64,000 bases of DNA from Promethearchaeota archaeon (GCA_030606485.1 JAUWGH010000007.1:67320-131319); one strand, 5' to 3'; shown: positions 41,770-51,196, counted from the first letter of the stretch. Numbers and translations are program-made. Notes: a model not told the origin generated them from the letters alone.

Positions 41770-43359
41770 GTGCTAAGAATGAATGAAGAAAAATATATCC
41801 TTGCTCATGATCATGGGACTTCTGGGAGTAAAGCTGCAATAGTATCAACCCATGGAGAAGTTCTTGGTTTTGAATTCGAAGAAGTTCCATTATTTCTTCC
41901 TAGTGCAGGAGCTGCTGAACAGAATCCAGATGATTGGTGGAATGCAATGAAGAAATCTATTACAAGGGTGTTAGATAAAAATTTAGTCTCTATTGATGAT
42001 ATTATTGGTTTCTGTAATACAAGTCAATGGAGTGGAACTATTCCAGTTGATAAAGATGGAAATCATTTAATGAACGCAATTATATGGATGGATACAAGAG
42101 GAGCGCCTTATGTAGAAAAATTCTATAAAGGAATTTTAAAAGTGGGCGGGATGAATATAATAAAAGCATTAAAATGGATTAAAATAACTGCAGGTGCGCT
42201 AAGTACAACTGGGAAGGATCCCACTGCTCATATTTTGTTTTTAAAAAATGAGCACCCCGATATTTATAATAAAACCTTTAAATTCCTAGAACCTCAAGAT
42301 TACATTAATTTAAAACTTACAGGTAAAATCGCCGCTTCTACTTGTTCTATCCAAGTTCATTGGATTACAGATATAAGGGATATTAATAATGTTGTTTATC
42401 ATGATGGACTCATAAAAAAATTAAAACTAAATAGAGACCAATATCCAGATCTTAAATTAACAACAGATATTTTAGGTACTATTACTAAAGAAGTAGCGGA
42501 TGAGTTTGGTTTAAATAAAGATGTAAAAGTTATTATGGGTGCCCCAGACATCCCTTCAGCAGCAGTAGGTTCGGGAGCAGTTAGAGACTATGAGGGACAT
42601 ATCTACCTTGGAACATCATCATGGTGTGTATGTCATGTGCCATTTAAAAAGACAGATCTATTTCATGGTATGGCCAGCTTAGTCTCCGCAATTCCAGGAA
42701 GATATTTGTTTACAAACGAGCAAGAAATTGCTGGAGGATGCCTTTCATTTATGAGAGATAATATATTATATCATCAAGATGAGTTACTTCTTGAAGAGAA
42801 AGTTCCCGATGTTTATAAAATATTTGATAGAATTGTAGAGAAGGTGGAACCTGGAAGTAATAAACTAATTTTTACTCCATGGTTATATGGAGAGCGTGCT
42901 CCCGTTGATGATCATACAATTAGAGGGGGACTTTATAATCTCTCATTAGAAACGCATAGAGAGCATATGATAAGAGCAATATTTGAAGGAGTTGCTTATA
43001 ATTCCAGATGGATATCTCAATATGTCGAGAAAAATATTAAACGCCCCTTAAATCCAATAAATTTAATTGGAGGAGGCGCAAACAGCAATATATGGTGTCA
43101 AATTTATGCTGACATTCTTAACAGAAATATTAGACAGGTTGAGAACCCAATTGAAGCAAATGCACGAGGAGCTGCTTTTATTGGAGCAGTTGGACTAGGG
43201 TACATAACTTTTGATGACATTCCAAAATATATTAAATATTCAAACATCTATGAACCCAATCCTGCAAACAGAAAAATCTACGATGAGCTATTCCAAGAAT
43301 TTATTACTATTTATAAGAATAATAAGAAAATGTACAGACGTTTAAACAAATTTCATTAA
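41770..43359 (+). CDS. FGGY-family carbohydrate kinase (xylulokinase/glycerol-kinase-like)
   Basis: 529 aa. Shows the FGGY N- and C-domain patterns: ILAHDHGTSGSKAAIV, IIWMDTRG, GAPDIPSAAVGSG and IGGGANSNIWCQIYADIL. Confidence 0.85.
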   Translation: MLRMNEEKYILAHDHGTSGSKAAIVSTHGEVLGFEFEEVPLFLPSAGAAEQNPDDWWNAMKKSITRVLDKNLVSIDDIIGFCNTSQWSGTIPVDKDGNHLMNAIIWMDTRGAPYVEKFYKGILKVGGMNIIKALKWIKITAGALSTTGKDPTAHILFLKNEHPDIYNKTFKFLEPQDYINLKLTGKIAASTCSIQVHWITDIRDINNVVYHDGLIKKLKLNRDQYPDLKLTTDILGTITKEVADEFGLNKDVKVIMGAPDIPSAAVGSGAVRDYEGHIYLGTSSWCVCHVPFKKTDLFHGMASLVSAIPGRYLFTNEQEIAGGCLSFMRDNILYHQDELLLEEKVPDVYKIFDRIVEKVEPGSNKLIFTPWLYGERAPVDDHTIRGGLYNLSLETHREHMIRAIFEGVAYNSRWISQYVEKNIKRPLNPINLIGGGANSNIWCQIYADILNRNIRQVENPIEANARGAAFIGAVGLGYITFDDIPKYIKYSNIYEPNPANRKIYDELFQEFITIYKNNKKMYRRLNKFH

Positions 43360-43386
43360 TTTTATTTAAATCTTTATTATTAGACA

Positions 43387-44571
43387 TTGACATACATGAA
43401 AGATATAGAAAAATTAAAAGAAAAAATTATCGAAGAACTAGAAAAAAGACTGTCTAAAGATTTAACTTATGATTCTGGATTCATATTAGGCTCTATGTGC
43501 TCAGAACCACTGAAATTTGCAACTGAAATTTATTCAAAATATATTTCCAAAAATCTTGGAGATCCGGGTTTATTTCCAGGAACAATGGAACTTGAAAATG
43601 AAATAATTCAAGAATTGGGAGGTTTGTTCGGATGTCGAAATGTTGTAGGAACTATTACTACTGGGGGAACTGAATCTAATATTATTGCTATGAGAATCGC
43701 AAGAAACTTGTTCAAAAATAAAAAAAATCCAGAATTCATTGTTCCTGCATCGGCACATATTTCATTTGATAAAGGTGCAGAATTATTAGGAATTACCCTA
43801 AAAAAAGCAAAATTAACGAAAGATTTTTACTTGGATTTAAATCATCTTTCATCTCTTATATCCAAAAATACGATTGGTCTTGTAGGTGTAGCTGGAACAA
43901 CTTCATTAGGTTTAATTGATCCTATCGAAAAACTCGCAAAAATATCAGAAGAAAATAGTCTATTTCTACATGTGGATGCCGCATTTGGTGGCTTTATCCT
44001 TCCTTTTTTAAAAGAATTGGGATATAATATCCCGAGATGGGATTTTTCTATAAAAAATGTATTATCAATAACTGCAGATCCTCATAAAATGGGCTTAGCT
44101 CCTATTCCCAGTGGAGGCTTTTTATTAAAACCATCATCATTATATGAAGAATTTGGATATGAAATCCCTTATCTTGCTGGTGGGGGCTTTAAACATTTTA
44201 ATATTCTTGGAACTCGAATAGGAGCTTCAACAATCGCATTTTGGGCTTTATGGAACTATTTAGGTAAGGAAGGATATAAAAATATTGTGAAAGAATGTAT
44301 GGAAATTACATCTTATTTTGAGAAAAGAATCAATAAAATCCCCGGAATCAAGGTTGTTGTTAAACCAATTATGAATATTGTTGGAATAACTACTGAAAAT
44401 GGTGAGAAAGTTGAAATTATCGATGAAGAATTAAGGAAGAAAAAATGGAAGCTGGGATTATTTAATAATTTAAAAATATTGCGAGCAGTAATTATGCCAC
44501 ATGTAAAAAAAGAGCATATCGATAAATTTTGCATTGATTTAGAACTAATCACGAAAAAATTATTCAATTAA
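43387..44571 (+). CDS. mfnA: L-tyrosine/L-aspartate decarboxylase MfnA (group II PLP decarboxylase)
   Basis: 394 aa. Contains GSMCSEP, NLGDPGLFPGTMELENE, TTGGTESNIIAMRIAR, HVDAAFGGF and the PLP-lysine block ADPHKMGLAPIPSGG. Confidence 0.85.
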   Translation: MTYMKDIEKLKEKIIEELEKRLSKDLTYDSGFILGSMCSEPLKFATEIYSKYISKNLGDPGLFPGTMELENEIIQELGGLFGCRNVVGTITTGGTESNIIAMRIARNLFKNKKNPEFIVPASAHISFDKGAELLGITLKKAKLTKDFYLDLNHLSSLISKNTIGLVGVAGTTSLGLIDPIEKLAKISEENSLFLHVDAAFGGFILPFLKELGYNIPRWDFSIKNVLSITADPHKMGLAPIPSGGFLLKPSSLYEEFGYEIPYLAGGGFKHFNILGTRIGASTIAFWALWNYLGKEGYKNIVKECMEITSYFEKRINKIPGIKVVVKPIMNIVGITTENGEKVEIIDEELRKKKWKLGLFNNLKILRAVIMPHVKKEHIDKFCIDLELITKKLFN

Positions 44572-44827
44572 CTTAATTCTTTTCAAGAGTCAATATGAGT
44601 ATTTTCTTTCTTACTTTCCAGATACTTCAGAAATTATATTTAATCTTTTTAAAAATAAGATGATCTGATTTATTTTCTTTTTCAAAAACAAATATTTAAT
44701 CTTACTTATTCCAATTTAAATTATTTTTTTAATAATATCTTTTTGAAATTTATCATATATAAATACAAAATTTTATTTATAAGAATTACAAATTTATTTT
44801 CATTGAACTACCAATGAAAAATTAAAA

Positions 44828-45808
44828 ATGGCTAAAAAAAAAGAAAAACTTACTGCAAAGATAAAAACTTCACGGTATTGGACAAAGACATGTTCTAATC
44901 CAAAATGTAATTTTGAATACCCTAATTGGTTTACTAGCTGTCCAAAATGCCATACATCATGGACCCAATCAACATCCGCAGTTTTTGATAAAATGGACAA
45001 AATTCCCTCTAAAAAAACAATTAAAATTGTAGTAAAAATTACTGATGAATCTCCAGAAAATCCTATTATTGATGTAAGACTTAGATTTACAGCTGATGGG
45101 GGAAATTCTTGGTTTCAAGTACCTATGGAAAAACACCAAGATTTTTATCTTTCAGAAATCGAAGAAATGCCTTTAGGATCAAAAGTAATTTATTATATTG
45201 AAGCAGAAGATGCTTCAGGTGAAATTTACATTGAAAATAATGACGGAAAATATTTTGCTTATTATGTTGAAACTCAACCAACAGTGAAACAAAGCGCAAT
45301 TAAAGCTCAGAAAAAAACTAGACAACAACAACGCGAAGGGGATGTCTCGGATAAACCATTTCTCTATGAAAGTCAAAATTTTAAGAAAACTGTTAATGAA
45401 CTCGAAAAAAAAACTCAACAAATAGTTTCACAAATACAAACACAAAGCAAACCACCTCAAGAAGAAGTGATTTTTCAAGATAAATCTCAACCTCAACCTG
45501 TAAAAAAAGGAAGCCCCCTTCATCCCGTAAAGGTTCCACAAAAAGGTAGTCCCATAAAAAAAAGCCAAGTTCAACCTGTAAAGATTCCTCAAAAAAGTAA
45601 TTCGGTTCTAACTCAACCTCGACAAAAAATCACAAAACAAAAAGTACAAGAGTCACAACAACCAAAGATTCAAGATAATGAATTAACTATATTCGGGAAA
45701 CCTCAACGAAAAATTGATGAAAATCTTAAAGTGTGTCCGAATTGCCAAAGTAAGATAAAATCTGTTTGGACTTCATGTCCAATATGTGGATATAGAGAAA
45801 CTAGTTAA
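44828..45808 (+). CDS. Hypothetical protein with zinc ribbons at both termini, a central beta-rich domain and a Q/P/K-rich repeat linker
   Basis: 326 aa. N-terminal CSNPKC...CPKCH; C-terminal CPNCQS...CPICGY. The middle region has the repeats QPVKKGSPLHPVKVPQKGSPIKKSQVQPVKIPQK. Confidence 0.6.
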   Translation: MAKKKEKLTAKIKTSRYWTKTCSNPKCNFEYPNWFTSCPKCHTSWTQSTSAVFDKMDKIPSKKTIKIVVKITDESPENPIIDVRLRFTADGGNSWFQVPMEKHQDFYLSEIEEMPLGSKVIYYIEAEDASGEIYIENNDGKYFAYYVETQPTVKQSAIKAQKKTRQQQREGDVSDKPFLYESQNFKKTVNELEKKTQQIVSQIQTQSKPPQEEVIFQDKSQPQPVKKGSPLHPVKVPQKGSPIKKSQVQPVKIPQKSNSVLTQPRQKITKQKVQESQQPKIQDNELTIFGKPQRKIDENLKVCPNCQSKIKSVWTSCPICGYRETS

Positions 45809-45880
45809 ATATGGAGAAAAGAGTCTAATATAATCTTGTTTATCGCGAAGGCCGATTTAACGCCGTTATGAGCCAATTGA

Positions 45881-47212
45881 TTAAAGTTTTGCTCCGCAAC
45901 GATTGCAAAATTTATATTCTTTAGATAAAATGACCCCACAATGCCTACAAATGATCATATCTTTTTTTTTCTTTTCACTCTTTTTTTGTTTCACTTTAGA
46001 TTTTTTCTTTTCCTGTTTTTTCTTAATTTCTTCTGCATTGGGAATTATTCTTAATGATGATTCTGAAACAGGTGAAGATGGTTCGGTTTTTTTAGATACA
46101 AATGGAATAAAACTCTTAATTGACTCAGGAACTTTCTCTGTTTCCCCTCTCTTTTTGCTAGCTTCACTTATCGACTGAAAAAAATTCCCTTTAGAAGAAT
46201 TTTCTTGAGGTAAATACTGTGTTAAGGAAGGACTTTTAGATTTTTCTAATTCTGAAAATAAAATTGGTTGAGAATCTTCTGTAGGACTTTCTGCTTTTGG
46301 TGGTTCTGACTTAGGAAATACTTGCTTAGGTGGTTTTGGTGCAGGAGATATTGGTTGGAAACCAAGAGGTGGTGGAACAGGTTTTGGAGTTTTTTCTGAA
46401 AACAGTACACCTTTGGGAGTAAAAGTTTCTTGTCCAGAAACAGCTGGAGTAATACCATCTTTTGGTACTTCTTGAGTTGGAGGCATCTCGATTGCAGGTT
46501 CAGGTTCGGGTTCAGGAACAGGGGGTGCAGAAAATGCTGACTCAGGTTCGGGTTCAGGAACAGGGGGTGCAGAAAATGCTGGCTCAGGTTCTGGTGTGGG
46601 TTCAGGAATAGAGCTTGGGTGCATTGGTACCATCCCTGGTTTTAATAATTCTTTTTTTCCTAGCAATTCTTGTGGAACTTCAAGTCCCATCATTAAATAA
46701 CCTAAAATAGCAAAACAATCACTAACATTTTCTCCCGATTTTGCACTTGTCTCTAAATAATAAAACTTAAACTTTTTTGAAAATAATTCTATATCGCTTT
46801 CACTAACTGTTCTTTCATTAATTAAATCACTTTTATTACCAATAAGTAACATGGGAATATCGGCTTTAGAATTTGATTTAATCTCTTCAATCCAATTTGG
46901 TAAATGTTCGAAACTTTCAAAATTGGTTAGATCAAAAACTAATAACGCACCTAATGCTCCTCGATAATACATTGGTCGTACAGAAGAAAAACGTTCCTGA
47001 CCTCCAGTATCCCATAATTGAAGTTTACATTTTTTAATACCCTCTAAAGTCTGAATATCTATAGTTTTTATGTGAAAGTCGACGCCTATCGTCAATTTAT
47101 AATCCTGTTCAAAGAAACCTTTAGTAAAACGGATTGTAAGTGCAGTTTTTCCTACGCCTCCATCTCCGCAGACGATAGCCTTGAAAAGAAAGTCATATTC
47201 AGTAACTGACAT
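45881..47212 (-). CDS. Rab-like small GTPase with a ~230-aa proline-rich disordered tail, a lysine patch and a C-terminal zinc ribbon
   Basis: 443 aa. G1 is GDGGVGKTA; G3 and switch II are WDTGGQERFSSVRPMYYRGALGALLVFD (very Rab-like); G4 is GNKSDL; G5 is ETSAKSG. The tail contains PEPTPEPEPAFSAPPVPEPEPESAFSAPPVPEPEPEP and ends KKSEKKKKDMIICRHCG...CNRCGAKL. Confidence 0.9.
   Translation of the reverse strand: MSVTEYDFLFKAIVCGDGGVGKTALTIRFTKGFFEQDYKLTIGVDFHIKTIDIQTLEGIKKCKLQLWDTGGQERFSSVRPMYYRGALGALLVFDLTNFESFEHLPNWIEEIKSNSKADIPMLLIGNKSDLINERTVSESDIELFSKKFKFYYLETSAKSGENVSDCFAILGYLMMGLEVPQELLGKKELLKPGMVPMHPSSIPEPTPEPEPAFSAPPVPEPEPESAFSAPPVPEPEPEPAIEMPPTQEVPKDGITPAVSGQETFTPKGVLFSEKTPKPVPPPLGFQPISPAPKPPKQVFPKSEPPKAESPTEDSQPILFSELEKSKSPSLTQYLPQENSSKGNFFQSISEASKKRGETEKVPESIKSFIPFVSKKTEPSSPVSESSLRIIPNAEEIKKKQEKKKSKVKQKKSEKKKKDMIICRHCGVILSKEYKFCNRCGAKL
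46501..46584. repeat. Tandem direct repeat, 2 x 42 nt (one A/G difference), inside the GTPase tail
   Basis: 46501-46542 and 46543-46584 both read caggttcgggttcaggaacagggggtgcagaaaatgctg[a/g]ct. Degenerate partial copies flank both sides. The unit encodes the 14-aa repeat AFSAPPVPEPEPE(S/P). Confidence 0.9.
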
Positions 47213-47785
47213 TTTATTATTCTACCTCTAAAAAAATATAATATTCTTTATAAAACAAATCATTATTTTAATCTTACATAAATTATCATCATTAAAAACG
47301 ACAATTTCGAAAACCTTATCGTAATTTTTATTAGACATATATATTCTTACTCTAAGTTATAATCAAAATTTTGTAATTTATAAGATATTTAAATCAATCT
47401 AACGATAAAATTATTTACTATGTTACTTATCACGTGTATGAATTTATATTTTAATATTCTTTTTATTACAAAAAAAAAAGAAATGTTATACACAACTCAT
47501 ATCTCTTTATATTAAATTTTAATTTTAATAAAACCAAAGAAAAAAATACTCCTTTTATTTGATTTAATAAAATTTTTTCTTTTCTACCCCCTCCTTAATT
47601 TTTAATTCTTTTTGGTTATTTTCCAAAATAAAAGTATTTTAAAGTTGGGATTAAATTACTAAAATCAAAATATTTGATTTTTTAAAAATCATAAAATTGA
47701 AAATGATAAAACTATTAATTAGAAATGATAAAATTTTATTGTCAACTTTATTTTTTAATTGGAATGAAATGGTTTTTTATTAAAA

Positions 47786-49123
47786 ATGATAAAAAAAAAT
47801 AATGCACCAGTATTACAAATAGCTCTTGACTTAGTAAATTTACATAGAGCTTTACAAATAGCAGAAGAAGCTATCAAAGGAGGAGTAAATTGGATTGAAG
47901 CTGGAACTCCACTTATCAAATCCGAAGGCATGAATGCTGTAAGAAAATTAAAAGAGAAGTTTCCTAACCATACAATTGTAGCAGATATGAAAACGGTAGA
48001 TGGAGGCTCTGCAGAAATAGAAATAGCTGCAAAGGCAGGAGCTGGAGTTGTCCTCATGTTGGGAGTAAGTGATAATACATCAATACGTGAAGCAATACTT
48101 GCCGCTAAGAAATATGGCGTTAAACTTGGATGTGATTTAATCGATGTAGTTGAAGAAAAATTTATAGAAAGAGCGTTAGAATTAGAAGAAATGGGCGTGG
48201 ATATTATTTGTGTGCATGTGGGCGTTGACCAGCAAATGATCTATGGTGGCGAAAAAACGGTAGAATTAACAAGAAAAGTTGCGGAAAGATTAAAACCAAC
48301 AACTCTTATTGCAACAGCTGGAGGATTAAATAGTGAAACTGCTTATAAAGCAAGAGAAGCTGGAGCGGATATAATAATTGTTGGAGGTGCTTTATATAAA
48401 GCAAAAAATCCCGAAGAATCCGCAAAAACAATTTGGAAATCAATCAATGAAGCAAAATCTATCAAAACTGATTTATTTAAAAAATATAGTGAAGAAGAAT
48501 TATATGACGTTTTTATGAAAGTATCCACACCAAATATTTCAGATGCGATGCATAGAGAAGGAGAAATGCAAGGCTTATACCCTATTTGGATTGGAACTGA
48601 TAAAGAACCATTAAAATTTGCTGGTAAGGCTGTTACAGTTCGAGCATATAATGGAGATTGGTCCAAACCCGTGGAATCTATTGATGTTGCACAAGAAGGA
48701 GAAGTTATTGTTATTGATGCTTGTGAAGGAAAAGATGCAGTTTGGGGTGAACTTGCATCATGGAGTTGTATACAAAAAGGAATCGCTGCAGTAGTTATTG
48801 ATGGTGCAATAAGAGATGTTGATGATATAAGAGAAATAAGATTCCCCGCATTTGCCAGATTTATAACACCGACCGCTGGAGAACCACGAGGTATGGGAGA
48901 AATTAACACACCAATTGAATGTGGAAACCAAAAAATTGAGGCTGGAGATTGGATAATTGGTGATCAATCCGGAGTTGTAGTAGTTCCAAAATATAAAGCA
49001 AAGGAAATTGCAAATAGAGCTATTGATGTATTAGAAAAAGAAAACAGAATAAGAGAAGAAATTCAGCGAGGTTCCACTTTATCTAAAGTATTAAAACTTA
49101 AAAAATGGGAAAAATTCGGCTGA
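47786..49123 (+). CDS. Bifunctional 3-hexulose-6-phosphate synthase (N-terminal) / RraA-like (C-terminal) fusion protein
   Basis: 445 aa. The N-terminal half has the HPS/OMPDC-fold blocks LQIALDL, WIEAGTPLIK, IVADMKTVDGG and GGALYKA. The C-terminal half has the RraA/HMG-aldolase-like blocks ISDAMHREG, GKAVTV, AVWGELASW and AAVVIDGAIRDVDDI. Confidence 0.8.
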   Translation: MIKKNNAPVLQIALDLVNLHRALQIAEEAIKGGVNWIEAGTPLIKSEGMNAVRKLKEKFPNHTIVADMKTVDGGSAEIEIAAKAGAGVVLMLGVSDNTSIREAILAAKKYGVKLGCDLIDVVEEKFIERALELEEMGVDIICVHVGVDQQMIYGGEKTVELTRKVAERLKPTTLIATAGGLNSETAYKAREAGADIIIVGGALYKAKNPEESAKTIWKSINEAKSIKTDLFKKYSEEELYDVFMKVSTPNISDAMHREGEMQGLYPIWIGTDKEPLKFAGKAVTVRAYNGDWSKPVESIDVAQEGEVIVIDACEGKDAVWGELASWSCIQKGIAAVVIDGAIRDVDDIREIRFPAFARFITPTAGEPRGMGEINTPIECGNQKIEAGDWIIGDQSGVVVVPKYKAKEIANRAIDVLEKENRIREEIQRGSTLSKVLKLKKWEKFG

Positions 49124-49144
49124 AAACATCTTTAAATAATTAGA

Positions 49145-50101
49145 TTAAAAGATTATCTCTTTTACCTCTTCTAAAAGAGTTGATACATTAGATTTAATTA
49201 AATCGACATTTCCTTCTTCCCTAGTTGATTTTAAACTTAAAAATAAACGTATTGGTTTTTTCTCACCTTCTGTCGTAAGAATTAACAAGGTTTTAACATA
49301 TGTGAAATTGCCCTCGAAAAAATCTAACTTCTCATCAATTTTAACCTTATTATCTATTAACGCTTGAAAAAATTCGAGATCTTCATTTAGTTTTGGTATA
49401 ATTTTTGTATCATACTCTTTTAAATCAATTACATCCTTAAAATAATCGGAAATAATCAACCCTTTATTGGAGAATAATAAAATATAATCACAAGAGAAAT
49501 TTTCTGCGAATTCTTTTAATTTATTATCCGCACTTTCTAAAAAAAGAATCTTATTCAAAGAAGAGGATAATGCTCTTGTGAGCGAGTAAATATTATAAAT
49601 AGATGTATCGAAAAATCGAAAAGTCATCTTGGGATTTGATTTTTGAATTAAATCTACCAACATTCTCTTCCTCTCGTTAAATTCCTCAAGATTTTTATAT
49701 TCAGGATCAAACTTATGAAAACAAATATTTATCTCATTATTATACTCCAAATCTCGATAAATGTCCAATAACTCATGTAAATAATCAATTGATTCCTCAA
49801 ATCGTATTTCATCTTGAATATCAATCAAATATAATATTGCATCAGTATCCTCGAAATATATAGGACGATTTACGTAAATATTTCTAAATTTTTCTTGGCC
49901 TCCCATATCCCACAAATTTAATTGATGTTTTCTTAAAATTGTGCAAGTAGAATAATCTATCTTAATGGTTGGTTTTAAATCTTCAACCTTCTCCCAAAAA
50001 TTATATTTTTTTCTTATCGCAATTAAATAACTGGACTTTCCTGCATTATCTAGACCCGAAAGAATGATCTTATATACCTTTAAATCACTTTGTTGCACCA
50101 T
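49145..50101 (-). CDS. Arf/Rag-type small GTPase with C-terminal roadblock-like domain (Rag/Gtr-like architecture)
   Basis: 318 aa. G1 is SGLDNAGKSS (Arf-like GLDxAGK), G3 is LWDMGGQEKF, and G4 is the non-canonical FHKFD (the HKxD variant used by Rag/Gtr GTPases). The C-terminal ~140 aa (…CDYILLFSNKGLIISDYF…IRLFLSLKS…) look roadblock-like. Confidence 0.8.
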   Translation of the reverse strand: MVQQSDLKVYKIILSGLDNAGKSSYLIAIRKKYNFWEKVEDLKPTIKIDYSTCTILRKHQLNLWDMGGQEKFRNIYVNRPIYFEDTDAILYLIDIQDEIRFEESIDYLHELLDIYRDLEYNNEINICFHKFDPEYKNLEEFNERKRMLVDLIQKSNPKMTFRFFDTSIYNIYSLTRALSSSLNKILFLESADNKLKEFAENFSCDYILLFSNKGLIISDYFKDVIDLKEYDTKIIPKLNEDLEFFQALIDNKVKIDEKLDFFEGNFTYVKTLLILTTEGEKKPIRLFLSLKSTREEGNVDLIKSNVSTLLEEVKEIIF

Positions 50102-50191
50102 TTTTTAGAACATCTCGAATTATTCATAATATGTTTTTATAATACAATTAAGTATAATGAAATAAATAATGATATATATTTTATTATTTAA

Positions 50192-51172
50192 ATGGCTGAT
50201 TTTATTGGCATTTTATTAACAATCGACGCAATTTTTACATGGGCTTTTGCCAGTTTAGTATATAAATTCGGCTTACAAAAAATAGAAGCTCCACAAGCTC
50301 TTTTACCTAGGTTATTATTAGTTACCCTCTTTACTTTTGTTATATCCTTATTCTTTGGAAATTATTTAATATTCACTGGATTGAATTTTCAACAATTGAT
50401 CGATTATGATATCGCTTGTATTATTTCTGGAGTTACTGTTACAATTGGAGATCTTCTATATTTTCATTCATTAAAAAAAATTGATGCTTCTCGAGCCTAT
50501 CCCCTAAGTTCATTATCTTTAATTTTTGTTTATCCATTCGCAGCAATCTTTTTTGGAGAAATAATCACTTTTTCAATTTTGATAGGAGGCACTATTATTT
50601 TAATAGGTGGTTTTTTTTTAAGTTCAAAAGATAAACCTAAGAATGAAATATCAAGCTCAAATAATGTAAATGAAAACTCTAATAACCAAGAAAAAAAAAT
50701 TAAAGTTAAGCAAAAATCATCTGAAGATGTATTCATAGGAGTAATACTAGCTCTAGGTACGGCATTCTTCTGGGCTTTAGCAATTGTTTCATTCAATCAA
50801 GCCAGAATTCTCGCAAATGGAGAAGTTTTTGTTACAAATTTTATTCGAATCATAAGCGCAACAATATTCATTTCCATATTTGGAATGTTTAAACATAAAT
50901 ATTATAAAGGATTTAAAAAAGAAAATAGAATCCACTTAAAATATTACATTTATATTGGTATTGCTGGTTCCTTGTCCTTGGGTTTTGCAGATTCATTATT
51001 CTATAAAGCAGCTGAAATAAATGGATTAATATTTACTTCTACAATAACTGCAAGCACACCTTTAATTCAACAACTTGCCTCTGTTTTAATATTAAAAGAA
51101 AAATTTCGTAAGAGATTTTTAATTGCCGTAATATTAATTATTTTAGGAAATTATATTATAATTTTCTTATAA
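50192..51172 (+). CDS. EamA/DMT-superfamily transporter (10 TM, two EamA halves)
   Basis: 326 aa. Two five-helix hydrophobic halves are separated by a polar N/S/K-rich loop. Confidence 0.65.
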   Translation: MADFIGILLTIDAIFTWAFASLVYKFGLQKIEAPQALLPRLLLVTLFTFVISLFFGNYLIFTGLNFQQLIDYDIACIISGVTVTIGDLLYFHSLKKIDASRAYPLSSLSLIFVYPFAAIFFGEIITFSILIGGTIILIGGFFLSSKDKPKNEISSSNNVNENSNNQEKKIKVKQKSSEDVFIGVILALGTAFFWALAIVSFNQARILANGEVFVTNFIRIISATIFISIFGMFKHKYYKGFKKENRIHLKYYIYIGIAGSLSLGFADSLFYKAAEINGLIFTSTITASTPLIQQLASVLILKEKFRKRFLIAVILIILGNYIIIFL

Positions 51173-51196
51173 AAGATTGATAATATAGGGTTAATT

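Noticed and set aside
47699-47796. Three copies of AAATGATAAAA upstream of and at the start of the HPS-RraA gene
   Set aside because: This is an 11-mer of very low complexity in a ~25% GC spacer, and the third copy is simply the start codon region. It is not distinguishable from chance by eye.
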